From positions 1 through 64,000 of the forward strand of contig CBDBKM010000013.1 in NCBI GenBank assembly GCA_965206695.1: 64,000 bases of DNA, given 5' to 3'. Shown in pieces: positions 47,541 to 57,789 of this stretch (positions within the stretch are counted from its first letter, which is position 1; each line of letters starts with the position of its first letter). The stretch is from Chlamydiales bacterium. Its GTDB lineage: Bacteria > Chlamydiota > Chlamydiia > Chlamydiales > JAAZZY01. The translations under genes were made by a program, and so were the position numbers. The notes under the pieces were generated by a model. It was not told where the DNA came from. It saw only the letters and a list, made by a program, of their open reading frames with translations, and did no database searches.

Positions 47541-47968
47541 TGCCGGTTAATTTCGCGAAAATAAGCGCTCATGAAGCCCTTTATGAATGATGGTATTCCT
47601 AAAGCGGCATACGGTTGTTTCATCCGGCGTATCATCTTCTACCTCAAAATCTATGAATAACATAAAGTCCTAACGGAGTCTTAAGGCTTCTTCTAAAGCA
47701 GGGTCGCTTAAGCTGTGCCGGTGACCCAATATCGACTTAAACCCGGCAAGATTATCATAAGCTTTGGGGCCACCTTGAGGGTTCATTTCATTTTTATGTA
47801 TACCTTTTAGTAAGGATCGACTGGGTTGCCAATCAATGATGTGATGCTTTGCACTCATAATAAAAAAAACGGCTCATCCTTCAACTTCCCAAAATAAATG
47901 AAAAAAAAGTATAGATAATCAATGAATTTTTTAAAAATTATTATCAGGAATCAGCTATGCAGAAGTCT
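47540..47968 (-). mobile_element. IS5-family 5' fragment
   Basis: Homologous to 20339-20683; TIR gcagaagtct. Confidence 0.8.
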
Positions 47969-48005
47969 TATGCTAGTTACAAGAAATAAAATATTAAAAA
48001 AGAGT

Positions 48006-48776
48006 TTATTTCTTTTCTTCTAAAATCTTTTTAGCCACTAAAGATAACATTTCCCAGTGGGCAAGTAGTTTCTCTTCTTCAATAAGAGAAGTTTTAAAAT
48101 TACTCGCTCCAACATAATGAAAGCCGATAAAATCTATAGAGGTTTTTTTTAATGCTTGCTGCATATCATGAAGATTATGTAGTTGATCATCGATGAAAAT
48201 AATCATGGGAGGATAATGTTTTACTTCTCTTAAAAAAGCTTCTAAAACAATACTTTTAGGATTACTTATCCCATTAGTAAATAAAATACCCCTTCCATAT
48301 CTTGGATAACTATTAAAATCAGAGGGCAAGTAATCAAAATGAATATTATCGATTGATGAGAAGGCCTTTGAAAAATCAATTCCAAGGCGTAATAACTCTT
48401 CAATTCTCCAATTAGCAACATCTGTACTATGCCCTAAATCTCCAATGATCGTTGCTGTTAAAGCAACTAGTTTGATATTTTGCTTTTGCAAATTCTCTAT
48501 TATTTTAGGAGTATCGGGTTCAATTAAGGTTGATGTGGACCCTCTCATTATAAGATTCGCAATCAGATTTTTTTCTTCTTTTGACCACTTCTTACTCAGT
48601 TCCTGTAGCTTGGAACGATGGGCTTGAATATTAGGCGTTTGAAAAGCTTCGTTATCCGGTAGTGTCAGCACCTGATCAATATCAAAAACCCCTAAAGCAT
48701 CAAGATTATTTGATAGATGGCCAACAACCTCTTTGAGAGATTGGATTTCAATAATTTCTGAATCAGTCAATGACAT
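48006..48776 (-). CDS. DUF2608-type HAD-like protein
   Basis: VFDIDQVL, ALTA, GILFT..K, IIFIDD. Confidence 0.75.
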   Translation of the reverse strand: MSLTDSEIIEIQSLKEVVGHLSNNLDALGVFDIDQVLTLPDNEAFQTPNIQAHRSKLQELSKKWSKEEKNLIANLIMRGSTSTLIEPDTPKIIENLQKQNIKLVALTATIIGDLGHSTDVANWRIEELLRLGIDFSKAFSSIDNIHFDYLPSDFNSYPRYGRGILFTNGISNPKSIVLEAFLREVKHYPPMIIFIDDQLHNLHDMQQALKKTSIDFIGFHYVGASNFKTSLIEEEKLLAHWEMLSLVAKKILEEKK

Positions 48777-48806
48777 AAAAACCGTTAAATCACAACATCT
48801 TATTAA

Positions 48807-50678
48807 TTATTCAAGCAATTCTAAAATACTTTGTTTTACAATATCAAAACCATTTTGGGTAAGAATAGATTCAGGATGAAACTGGAAAGCAGAAAAATTT
48901 GTTGTCTTATAGGCGTAGATTTCTTTCGTAGACTTATCTAAAGAAATCTCCTCCAATTTCTGTTTGGCTTTTTTAGAAAACTCAGCATAAAACGCATTAT
49001 AAAAACCAACTTTTTCCTTCTTGCCATAAAGAAGAATCTCTTTCTGTACACCTTGTAGAGGTTTTTCTTTTCTGACTAAGTCAAAACCTAAATATCTTGA
49101 AAGTAATTGAAGCCCAAGGCAAATACTTAAAAATTTCTTCTCAGACTTTATAAGATTATGAATGATCTGTAATACTTTTTGCATTTTAGGCGTATTAGTC
49201 GTTGGATCACCGGGACCGGGGCCCAAAATCACCAGATCCTGTTCACCTAGCTGCCAATCTGCAAAACTTTCAAAGGAGACAACATGAACTTCAGCACCAA
49301 GACATTGAAGCATATGCCGTAGCATATATACAAAATCATCTTCATTATTAATGATTAGAAATCGTTTTCCTAAAACTTTAGGATCTTTTAATTTTTTTTT
49401 ATTTTGATGTAGTAGCCAAAATTTTGAGAGATTTTGATTGCGTTCAAACAGTTTAGTTTGCACCTCTTCATCCTTCTCTAACATAGGAAGATAGCCGGGT
49501 CGTTTGACAAAATCATTTTTTATTAAGCTATTGATAGAACCTTTTAATTTGGCATCGGTCTCTTTTACTTCTTTTTCCGGAATAGAGTCTTTTACTAAAG
49601 TAGCTCCTACTCTAATACTAAATTCACCATTAGCTAAAATTTCCTGAGTTCTAATGGTAATAGCGGAATCTAAAAATGGCTCACCTGTATGGCTGCGCCC
49701 TAGCATTACTATAGCACTACTATAATAACTTCTAGTACCTTTTTCATAGTTATAGAGAACTTTACAAGCATTTCCCATCGGGCTACCTATCACTGTAGGA
49801 GCAAACATAGAATTTTTAAATAATTCGATCACCCCTTGGCAACCGGTTCCCATAAGTAGATATTCCGTATGGATAAGATGTGACATCTCTTTTAAAAGAG
49901 GCCCGATAATCGTCCCTCCATCAGAACACATCTTAGACATCATTTTAAGTTCTTCATCCACCACCATGAAAAGTTCATCGATTTCTTTTTCGTCAGATAA
50001 AAAAACAAGTAGGTCTTTTTTCATCTCTTCCGGATCGCTGTAGCTTTCCTTCTTCCTAAAGGTTCCACTAATAGGATTCATTTTAATTTTCTCTGATTCA
50101 ACAGTAAGGTGTCTTTCAGGAGTGGCTCCAATAAAAAAGGTGTCTCCATCAAAAAACAGGAACTTCCAATAGCAACCATATTCGAAAGCTACTAAACGTT
50201 TAAAAATAGAAAGAGCCTTATTTAACGAAAATTCCTTAATGGTACCGGAACATTTGCGAGGGGTGACAAAACTTGACCCCTCTCCTCCTCCAATTTCAAC
50301 ATCGACTATTTGGCGAATGATCTCGGCATATTTTTCTTCGGTATAATCATAACTTAAACCGGACTCTATTTCGATCTGTTCATCGGGTAGAATTTCTAAA
50401 ATTTCTTTAATGGAAACTTTTAGAGCTTGATGGATTTTGATAGAGCTGATCTTTTCATCATTATTATGAGCAACAAATCCTCTCTCTCTAATTTGAGAAA
50501 AAGGAATCATACTAATACTATCGTAAACCAAATGCCCTTCGTCATGTCGGCTTTTTTCTGAAATAGGTAATTCTGATAGTTGATTTAATTTAAGAGCCTC
50601 TCCTTCAACAAGAAGCACATCGCTCTTATCTTCCATTTGAATCAGGCAAAAAGGCTTTGTTAAATTAAAATCAAGCAT
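48807..50678 (-). CDS. fused chorismate-binding plus glutamine amidotransferase enzyme (PhzE/TrpEG-like)
   Basis: GATPERH, MNPISGT, ELFMVVDEELKMM, HTEY; GPGPG, SICLG and QFHPES GATase motifs. Confidence 0.85.
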   Translation of the reverse strand: MLDFNLTKPFCLIQMEDKSDVLLVEGEALKLNQLSELPISEKSRHDEGHLVYDSISMIPFSQIRERGFVAHNNDEKISSIKIHQALKVSIKEILEILPDEQIEIESGLSYDYTEEKYAEIIRQIVDVEIGGGEGSSFVTPRKCSGTIKEFSLNKALSIFKRLVAFEYGCYWKFLFFDGDTFFIGATPERHLTVESEKIKMNPISGTFRKKESYSDPEEMKKDLLVFLSDEKEIDELFMVVDEELKMMSKMCSDGGTIIGPLLKEMSHLIHTEYLLMGTGCQGVIELFKNSMFAPTVIGSPMGNACKVLYNYEKGTRSYYSSAIVMLGRSHTGEPFLDSAITIRTQEILANGEFSIRVGATLVKDSIPEKEVKETDAKLKGSINSLIKNDFVKRPGYLPMLEKDEEVQTKLFERNQNLSKFWLLHQNKKKLKDPKVLGKRFLIINNEDDFVYMLRHMLQCLGAEVHVVSFESFADWQLGEQDLVILGPGPGDPTTNTPKMQKVLQIIHNLIKSEKKFLSICLGLQLLSRYLGFDLVRKEKPLQGVQKEILLYGKKEKVGFYNAFYAEFSKKAKQKLEEISLDKSTKEIYAYKTTNFSAFQFHPESILTQNGFDIVKQSILELLE

Positions 50679-50817
50679 TTATCTTTAAGTCTCCATTCTT
50701 CGTTGTATGTATTTAATGTTTTTAATTCAATGATTTGAATGGAAGATCTTTTTTTCAAGTCAAAACACTAAATACAAATAACTTAATAATCCTTCTTTAG
50801 GAAATTAGAATTGTCTA

Positions 50818-51705
50818 TGAACCTATCCCACTAATTTATCTATCCAAAATTTAATCAACGCCGGAGTTAAAAACCCTTTCCAATACTTCATCTTTCTTTC
50901 CCAACGGATAACGACTTTTCGAAACTTTCTTTGTAGCCATGAAATAGCTCTCTCTACTTGCCATCGTTTACGCTTTATCATCGCCCTAATTTTTTTAGGA
51001 GCTTTCTGTCCGGGCTTTTTTCGTCTACAAATCCATGGAAAAATACCCCTTATCAAAAGAGCCTCTCGTAAAGACTCTGAGTCGTAGCCTTTATCCGCTT
51101 CAAAAATAGGTATGAGATTACGATGCTTCCACCTATTTTGTACTCTATTAATCAAAGGGATGATTTGTTTCCTCTCGTCTCCATGGGCTCCTGTAGCGAT
51201 AAGAGCAATAGAAGAGCCATATCCGTCTACAAGTAAATGTCCGGTAACTTCTTTTCCCTTATAGCCGTACGTAACTTCTTCTCCGCCACCCTTACCTCCT
51301 GAAAACAAACCCATCACCGGCTATTCGTTCCCAATTGAATAAGTTTTTCAATTCGGCCAAGGATAATCCGGCACTTAGTATAGCATCCAAAGTCCCGTCC
51401 TCTTGCCAAAACACCCAACCGGCTATGAGAAGTGGTTCTTGCTCCCCAAGCTTCACCTTTTGGGAGGTCGCACCAACGACTACCTGTTATTAAAATCCAA
51501 AATATTGAATGGCATACCTTTCTCCAAGATGCATGAGGATATCCTTTAGATCTTTTCTCCGGTTCTTGAGATACTAATGGTGCTAAGAACGACCATTGAC
51601 TATCTGTTAACCCTTCAAATTTAGACATTTTTTCTCCCCTTTCATAATTTATGAAAGGGGAGCATACCAAATACAAATTTAAATTACATTAATGGGATAG
51701 GTTCA
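50818..51705 (-). mobile_element. IS5-family (IS427-like, two-ORF) element with an extra frameshift
   Basis: TIR tgaacctatccca; flanking tcta repeat; LTDSQW, WILITGSRWCDLP, ADKGYDS, RWQVER. Confidence 0.88.
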
Positions 51706-51784
51706 TCTAATAAAAAGAAAAATATTTCTTAAGTTCATGATAACCAACAATTAATTGATTGGTAATATTTAGATTTAATATCTT

Positions 51785-52880
51785 CGCCCTTTCAACATCG
51801 AAGTGCAACAAACCGCTACAAATTAAACTTGTCTGAAGGTGGTAAAAAATCTCCTATGGTAAACGTAAGAAAACCAAGGAGGAAAGATGCCAAACGGCTA
51901 CCGTCACTTAAACAAAGACAAGAGATGCCAATTGTATACCTTAATAAGAAGAGGAGATCCTATCACCTTAATTTCCAATGAGTTAAACGTAAATCGATCG
52001 ACTGTTTATCGCGAGCTAAAACGAAATTGTGGAAAGCGTGGATATCGGTATCAACAGGCTCAAGAGAAGGCTTTAAAGAGACGAGGCTCAAAAACTCAAC
52101 AACGAAAGATGAGCAGTGTAATGATTGCCATTATCGAAGAGAAGTTAAGCGTGCAGTGGAGCCCCGATCAAATATCGGGATGGCTGAAGAAGAAAGGGTA
52201 TCAAGAAGCTGTAAGCCATGAGACAATCTATAACTATGTTTGGGAGGACAAAAAAAGAGGAGGCTTGTTGTATAAACACCTTAGACATAGTGGGAAGAAA
52301 TATAACAAGCGAGGTAAAAATAGGGCCGGACGAGGATGTATTCCCGGACGGACAGATATTTCTGAAAGGCCTGATATCGTAGAGAAGAAAACTCGTTTAG
52401 GCGATTGGGAACTAGATACAATCATAGGAACAGAAGGGAGCGGAGTCATTGTCTCAATGGTCGAAAGAGTCTCAAAGCTAACAAAACCGGAAAAAGTCTC
52501 GCGTAAAACCGCTGAGGAAGTAAAGGATGCGCTAGTAAACAGGTTAAGACCGGTCCAAAAATTTGTCATGACATTAACTGCTGACAACGGGAAAGAATTT
52601 ACTTACCATAAACAAGTGAGCCAATTACTTGAGACAAGTTTTTACTTTGCTACCCCCTATCATTCGTGGGAGAGAGGGCTGAACGAGCATACGAATGGAC
52701 TCGTTCGACAATATCTCCCTAAAAATAAACGGTTTGATGAAGTCTCAGCAGGTAATTTAAAAAAGGAGAACTTGCTTAACAATAGACCCCGAAAAGTGTT
52801 AAACTTTTCAACACCGGAGGAGGTGTTTAACCGTCTCAGTAAGGAAGCAGCGAGTGTTGCACTTCGATGTTGAAAGGGCG
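51785..52880 (+). mobile_element. IS30-family element with full-length transposase ORF 51887-52873
   Basis: 25-bp TIRs; CTT flanking repeat; WELDT, DNGKEF and ERGLNEHTNG DDE motifs. Confidence 0.93.
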
Positions 52881-52947
52881 CTTTAATTTAATTGTTTTTT
52901 TTTTAATTATCTGATAATAAGGTTGATTATTTTTAAAGAGTAGATTG

Positions 52948-53880
52948 ATGGATAATCGTGATATTGAAATAGCTTTAGAAGAAGCAATGGCTTTGGCTCA
53001 AGAGAATTTCGAGGGCTATGTGGTCTCCTATATCTCAGAACTGGCTAGTGTCCCTCCGAATCAGACAAGTGCTGCTGTTTATCTAAATAACGGTACCCGG
53101 CTGTTGTCAGGAAATGTGGATGATCATATTCTTACGATGCAGAGTGTCGCTAAGTTAATCCCGTTAATAGGTCTCTTAGAGGAATTTGGTTCTGACAAAG
53201 TTCTATCTTGGATAAATGTAGAGCCATCAGGGCAATCATATGCTTCTTTGGCCCGATTGGATGGACTGGGTCCTACTCCATCAAACCCTATGGTGAATGC
53301 CGGAGCAATTATATTATGTGATCGGATATCCGGAGATATTCAAACAAAGCTTGACTGGTTGGATATGTGGATTGAAAAACTTTTTAATCAAAAGCTAAGC
53401 ATTAATTTATCCGTCTATAATTCCGAGAAAAAGACCGGTGATAGAAATCGAGCTTTAACCTATTTAATGAAAAGTACCGGAGTGGTTAATGGTGAGGTAG
53501 AAGAGATACTACAACTTTATTTTGCTCTTTGTTCTTATAATACCTCTGTGAAACAAGCCTCGCATTTTGCTATGTTACTTGCTAATAATGGCCTTAATAC
53601 TAATGGAGATCGTATTCTAACTATAGAAACGGTAAATCACATAGTAGCTCTCATGGCTACATGTGGTTTATACGATGAATCGGGTATTCATCTTTGGCAT
53701 ACCGGTATGCCTTCTAAAAGTGGTGTATCCGGCCTTATTCTCGCGGTGGCTGTTGGAAAAGCGGGCATCGCTGTCGCAAGCCCACGCATTAACTCAAAAG
53801 GAACGAGTATTCGAGGTGAAATCATCTTAAGACATTTATCCAATAAGCTAGACTGGCATTTCGCGCAAAAAAATCACTAA
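52948..53880 (+). CDS. glsA: glutaminase
   Basis: MQSVAK (SxxK), EPSG, NPMVNAGAI, CGLYDESG, KSGVSG. Confidence 0.9.
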   Translation: MDNRDIEIALEEAMALAQENFEGYVVSYISELASVPPNQTSAAVYLNNGTRLLSGNVDDHILTMQSVAKLIPLIGLLEEFGSDKVLSWINVEPSGQSYASLARLDGLGPTPSNPMVNAGAIILCDRISGDIQTKLDWLDMWIEKLFNQKLSINLSVYNSEKKTGDRNRALTYLMKSTGVVNGEVEEILQLYFALCSYNTSVKQASHFAMLLANNGLNTNGDRILTIETVNHIVALMATCGLYDESGIHLWHTGMPSKSGVSGLILAVAVGKAGIAVASPRINSKGTSIRGEIILRHLSNKLDWHFAQKNH

Positions 53881-55002
53881 TTAAAATAAAACGGTAAATG
53901 ATAGTAGAGCGGTTACAAAGTCTGTATTATTACGCCCTCCAATCGTAAACCAAGCTCCTGCAATCCATCCATATGTAGAACTGACATTATATTCTAATGC
54001 AGGGGCCAAACTAAATTGATCGCTTGATCCCGATCCCATAGAGGCTTCTCCCCCTCCGATATTGCTGCCCAAGTCCCCTTTGTAATGCGTTGCAGCATTA
54101 ATACTCATTTGCCCATCAAGAGCTAAAACCCATCTTTGAGATAAGCTATATTCAACAGAGCTCACATTAGTAAAAATACCACCGGGAGTTACTTTTCCAT
54201 CCGTTCCAAATCCTCCACCATATGTGTTAAATCCTCTTACCCGAACTTTAGAGGGAAATGTATATGAAGAATAAGATCGTACTCTAAAGGGATTATACTG
54301 ACCTTTATAAAGGCGAACCTTATAGAAGGTCTTTTGATAGGCTATTCCAACGCTTGTTTGAAAAGAGCCGGCGCCACTAGAATCAGTAGATAACTTATTA
54401 GGATTTAATTTCTGATATTGACCCGTAGGAAAGGTCTCTCCCACTATAAACTTAAGGTCCGGCTTCCACCAATAAAGATCATCAGATTTCAGTAATTGAA
54501 AACCTACCTGCCAATTAGTATCTCCATACCTAAAAGCTTTCTGTTGTTTTCTATATTTATAAAAGGCCTCAACAGTAACTTGCGTGTCCATTCGGTCGGT
54601 AAGACCAAATTGATTGACAGATACAATTTCTATAACAAGAGTACTCTGAACTTTTTGATAACGACCATGGTTATTATACTGACCGAAGTTATTAAAATAG
54701 TATAAATAGGGCTGAATATTAACTTTACCGCTGGGAACAATGGTTGCTGAAGGTGCGATTAGTGGTCCTGTATACCAGGGATTGTAGTAATCCTTTTTGA
54801 TTTGTTCTACTTCATTGAGTTCTTTATTTAAGGTAATAGCAGGCGCCTCCGGTGCCTCTCCTTCTTTGAACGTTTCAGCTTTTATTTTATCATGTTGTTC
54901 ATTCAATATTCCGGGCTTAGCTTTTTCCTTTGATGTATCCGAAAAAAGGATTTGCATATTCAGACAAAAAAACAAAAAAACTGTGACAGTCACAACCCTT
55001 TT
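53881..55002 (-). CDS. putative outer-membrane beta-barrel protein
   Basis: Signal-peptide-like N-terminus, alternating aromatic strands, C-terminal Phe; start uncertain (55002 or 55026). Confidence 0.65.
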   Translation of the reverse strand, partial: KRVVTVTVFLFFCLNMQILFSDTSKEKAKPGILNEQHDKIKAETFKEGEAPEAPAITLNKELNEVEQIKKDYYNPWYTGPLIAPSATIVPSGKVNIQPYLYYFNNFGQYNNHGRYQKVQSTLVIEIVSVNQFGLTDRMDTQVTVEAFYKYRKQQKAFRYGDTNWQVGFQLLKSDDLYWWKPDLKFIVGETFPTGQYQKLNPNKLSTDSSGAGSFQTSVGIAYQKTFYKVRLYKGQYNPFRVRSYSSYTFPSKVRVRGFNTYGGGFGTDGKVTPGGIFTNVSSVEYSLSQRWVLALDGQMSINAATHYKGDLGSNIGGGEASMGSGSSDQFSLAPALEYNVSSTYGWIAGAWFTIGGRNNTDFVTALLSFTVLF

Positions 55003-55550
55003 CATAATCAACCTTCTAAAGATCATTAATGTTAATTTTTTTGATCTTACTTAGTTTTCGGGATTGTTTCAAAACACTATTATTAATATTTGAATATTTC
55101 AGAGATTTGGATTTTTTTATCAAAAAAAATGAAAAAATGATGAAAACCAAATCAGAAATAACAAATTAAAATTTACACTTGCATTTATTTTTGAATATGT
55201 TATAAAAATGATATTTTACGTAATGCTTAATTTGAAGGAAGCCATGCCTAACGGTCTGTTAACCTTAAATTATTTTTTACCTGTTTTCTTCATTACTTTC
55301 ACCACCTTGTCAGTAATATTGTTCAGTATTCTCTCGAAATTATACATAATAAAAACAGCTTCTCTTCCTTTTTATAATAAAAAGAAATTAATAAACTTTT
55401 CTGTGGAAACTGACTTCAAAAAGGATTTTTATATAGCACACCATTTTCCCATGTTTTCCTATTTGGATTTTAAAAATTAAAACGGATTGTCTCTGCCTGA
55501 GCCATCGGCTCAGGTGGTGATAATCTTTATAATTGAACCCAAGGTACACA

Positions 55551-55590
55551 AAAAGTTAACTGATCTATTAAATCAAAGATCGGCTAACCA
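55551..55590 (-). terminator. probable intrinsic terminator
   Basis: Minus strand gttagccgatct..agatcagttaac followed by tttt, downstream of the 55611 ORF. Confidence 0.45.
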
Positions 55591-55610
55591 TCCGGAAAGA
55601 AGATAAAAAC

Positions 55611-56423
55611 CTAAAATTCAAAACCCACTTGTCCTTCAACACTAAGAAAGTCGTATACGGCTTTGGGTGAACGAACAGACGAATCTGTTCTTCTATTAAA
55701 ACCGAAATCTCTAAAGGACGCCACCAAGGCTACATCTAAAAGAGAGGTAGAAAAAATATCAAAAGAATAAATAATGGGTAAATCTATTTGAAAGGTACCT
55801 CTTGTAGCTGCCTTACGCCATTTATAAGTCACGCCGGGTAATCTTTTAACTTTATAATGCGGGTCCAACATAAAGCCATATTGACTATACAATTCGACTC
55901 TAAGCTGTGGAATAATACGAATTCTAAAACGAAACCCTATAGGTACTTCAATCCACCACATTCTCATATGATAATCTATAGGTGATTTTGAATAGCTTAT
56001 AGTATGTGTAAAATAACCCAGACCTGAGTATAAAGCTAATTGAAACTCATCAAACACTCCGAATGCGAACGAATAGCCAAGTCTTCCTTTAAGCCACCAA
56101 TCATGGCTATATCCATTCAAACCACTACCACCTACTCTTCCCCCGTCAAAATGGCTGTCAAAACCATAATAAATATTCCAAGGTTTCCATCCATCATAAC
56201 CCATGCCCCACATCCATAGATTACCATACGTTTTGCTATTAATTATTTTATTCCCGGCTTGAGCGTAGGTATAACCTAATGCAAAATGAAATCGATTTGG
56301 CTGCTCATACTTATGCCACTCATTAGCTTCTGCAATTCCTTCTTGAGTTATCCCTGTCTCGGCATGCACGAAATTTATCAAAAAAAAGGAAGAGAAGAGA
56401 AAGCATCCTATTTTTCTTATCAT
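55611..56423 (-). CDS. putative outer-membrane beta-barrel protein
   Basis: Signal peptide ending VHA; aromatic-rich; ends QVGFEF (beta-signal). Confidence 0.7.
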   Translation of the reverse strand: MIRKIGCFLFSSFFLINFVHAETGITQEGIAEANEWHKYEQPNRFHFALGYTYAQAGNKIINSKTYGNLWMWGMGYDGWKPWNIYYGFDSHFDGGRVGGSGLNGYSHDWWLKGRLGYSFAFGVFDEFQLALYSGLGYFTHTISYSKSPIDYHMRMWWIEVPIGFRFRIRIIPQLRVELYSQYGFMLDPHYKVKRLPGVTYKWRKAATRGTFQIDLPIIYSFDIFSTSLLDVALVASFRDFGFNRRTDSSVRSPKAVYDFLSVEGQVGFEF

Positions 56424-56500
56424 GAAAAAAGAGCCTTTTTAGCAATTCAGAACAAGTAAATACCTATATCTAATTCTGATGAAAAAAAGCTAGCATCTTA

Positions 56501-57049
56501 TTAAAAGATTTTTTTAAAAAAATTAAGAATAGGAGAAATAAAAGCTCCAACAAAAAAATTGGGGTTAAGAATCACAGAACTTGTACTTACAGAGTCTTCT
56601 ACTACTGAAGCTGCCGGTGTAACTGCTTCCGGTGTAACGGGACTTAGTACTGCTTCAACTGAAACCGGTATTGGAGTTATTCGCGCTAGTGTTAGTAGTG
56701 AACGAGTTAAATTTTCAACAACAACTTCATCACCGACATCGCTTTCATCCGATGAAGGTTTATCAAAATTAAGTGGAACATCAATATTTTTACCCACATT
56801 TGTTAAATCTTCAGAAGTTGCTTTAGCCCAATCGGTAAGCGAGTCAAAATTATTTTGGATACGAACAAGATTTTTTAAAAGATTTTGATATCGACTGACA
56901 TCTATTTTTTTTTGAACATACATGTCTTGTAACCATTGAACAAGTTTTACATAGAAAGTGTGCGCATCTACAGTTTCATTATTAAAAATTAAAGAATCCA
57001 CAGAAGCCATTTGAGATACATTTGGATTTCCACGTGTTACAGAACTCAT
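56501..57049 (-). CDS. hypothetical protein sharing an N-terminal domain with 57790-61269
   Basis: LVQWLQ...Y.NLL..LV...LTDWA motif is present in both. Confidence 0.75.
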   Translation of the reverse strand: MSSVTRGNPNVSQMASVDSLIFNNETVDAHTFYVKLVQWLQDMYVQKKIDVSRYQNLLKNLVRIQNNFDSLTDWAKATSEDLTNVGKNIDVPLNFDKPSSDESDVGDEVVVENLTRSLLTLARITPIPVSVEAVLSPVTPEAVTPAASVVEDSVSTSSVILNPNFFVGAFISPILNFFKKIF

Positions 57050-57226
57050 AACTAATCCCCCCTATTTTTTGTTATTTAAAAAATTAGCTCTCATTGAAAA
57101 AAAACGCCTACCACACATATAAAAAAAAAGACTTTATAGAAAGCTGATTTTTAATTGTTTTTAAATATAATCTTTACACACAAGCACTATAACCGCATCC
57201 AAAATGTCTTGATACAGAAACTATTT

Positions 57227-57637
57227 TTAATGAGGAACCATCTGCAATTTGTCCAAAAGAGATAACAGATTGTGCTCTTGTAAGATAATAAGCTCTTTAT
57301 TTTTATTGATAAGGACATGAACTATTTCTACGTTAGCTACTAACGTATTCTCTCTTAAACAATTATAACTCAATGTAAAAGAAGTCTTTCCCTTTTCTTT
57401 TAACGATAACTTTATTGTTATAAGATCTGATAATATAATAGGTTTTAGGTAATTTGCATTGGCATGAACGATAGGAAACATCACTTCTTCTTGATCAAGA
57501 AGATTAACTAAAGGTGACTTATTTTTAACAAGATACGCCTCAAAAGCTTCATGTGCCAAATCAAATATATTGGAAAAATAGAGAACTTTGGCCGCGTCCG
57601 TATGTCTTAAATAAATTCTAGTAAAGTAGCAAAACAT
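57227..57637 (-). CDS. hot-dog-fold acyl-CoA thioesterase (4HBT/YbgC/DHNA-CoA hydrolase-like)
   Basis: TDAAKVLYFSN, FPIVHANANYLKP, GKTSF. Confidence 0.8.
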   Translation of the reverse strand: MFCYFTRIYLRHTDAAKVLYFSNIFDLAHEAFEAYLVKNKSPLVNLLDQEEVMFPIVHANANYLKPIILSDLITIKLSLKEKGKTSFTLSYNCLRENTLVANVEIVHVLINKNKELIILQEHNLLSLLDKLQMVPH

Positions 57638-57726
57638 CTTATTAGTCCTACAAGTATTGCATTAAGAAGAGCTATTTTATCGATTTTATCCTTTGATTGG
57701 CAACTACTACAGCACACCCTATTAAC

Positions 57727-57764
57727 AAAAAAGCCTTGGGTTGAGAATACAACCCAAGGCTTTT
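57727..57764. terminator. intrinsic terminator
   Basis: aaaagccttgggttg-agaata-caacccaaggctttt. Confidence 0.85.
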
Positions 57765-57789
57765 GTAAAAAGAATGTACTATTTTTTTC

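Noticed and set aside
55208..55480. 90-aa ORF
   Set aside because: Low-complexity F/L/I/K composition typical of AT-rich intergenic DNA
55496..55514. GC-rich hairpin cctgagcc-atc-ggctcagg as an IS605 end or REP
   Set aside because: Single occurrence with no TTTAT/TCAA context; cannot be assigned
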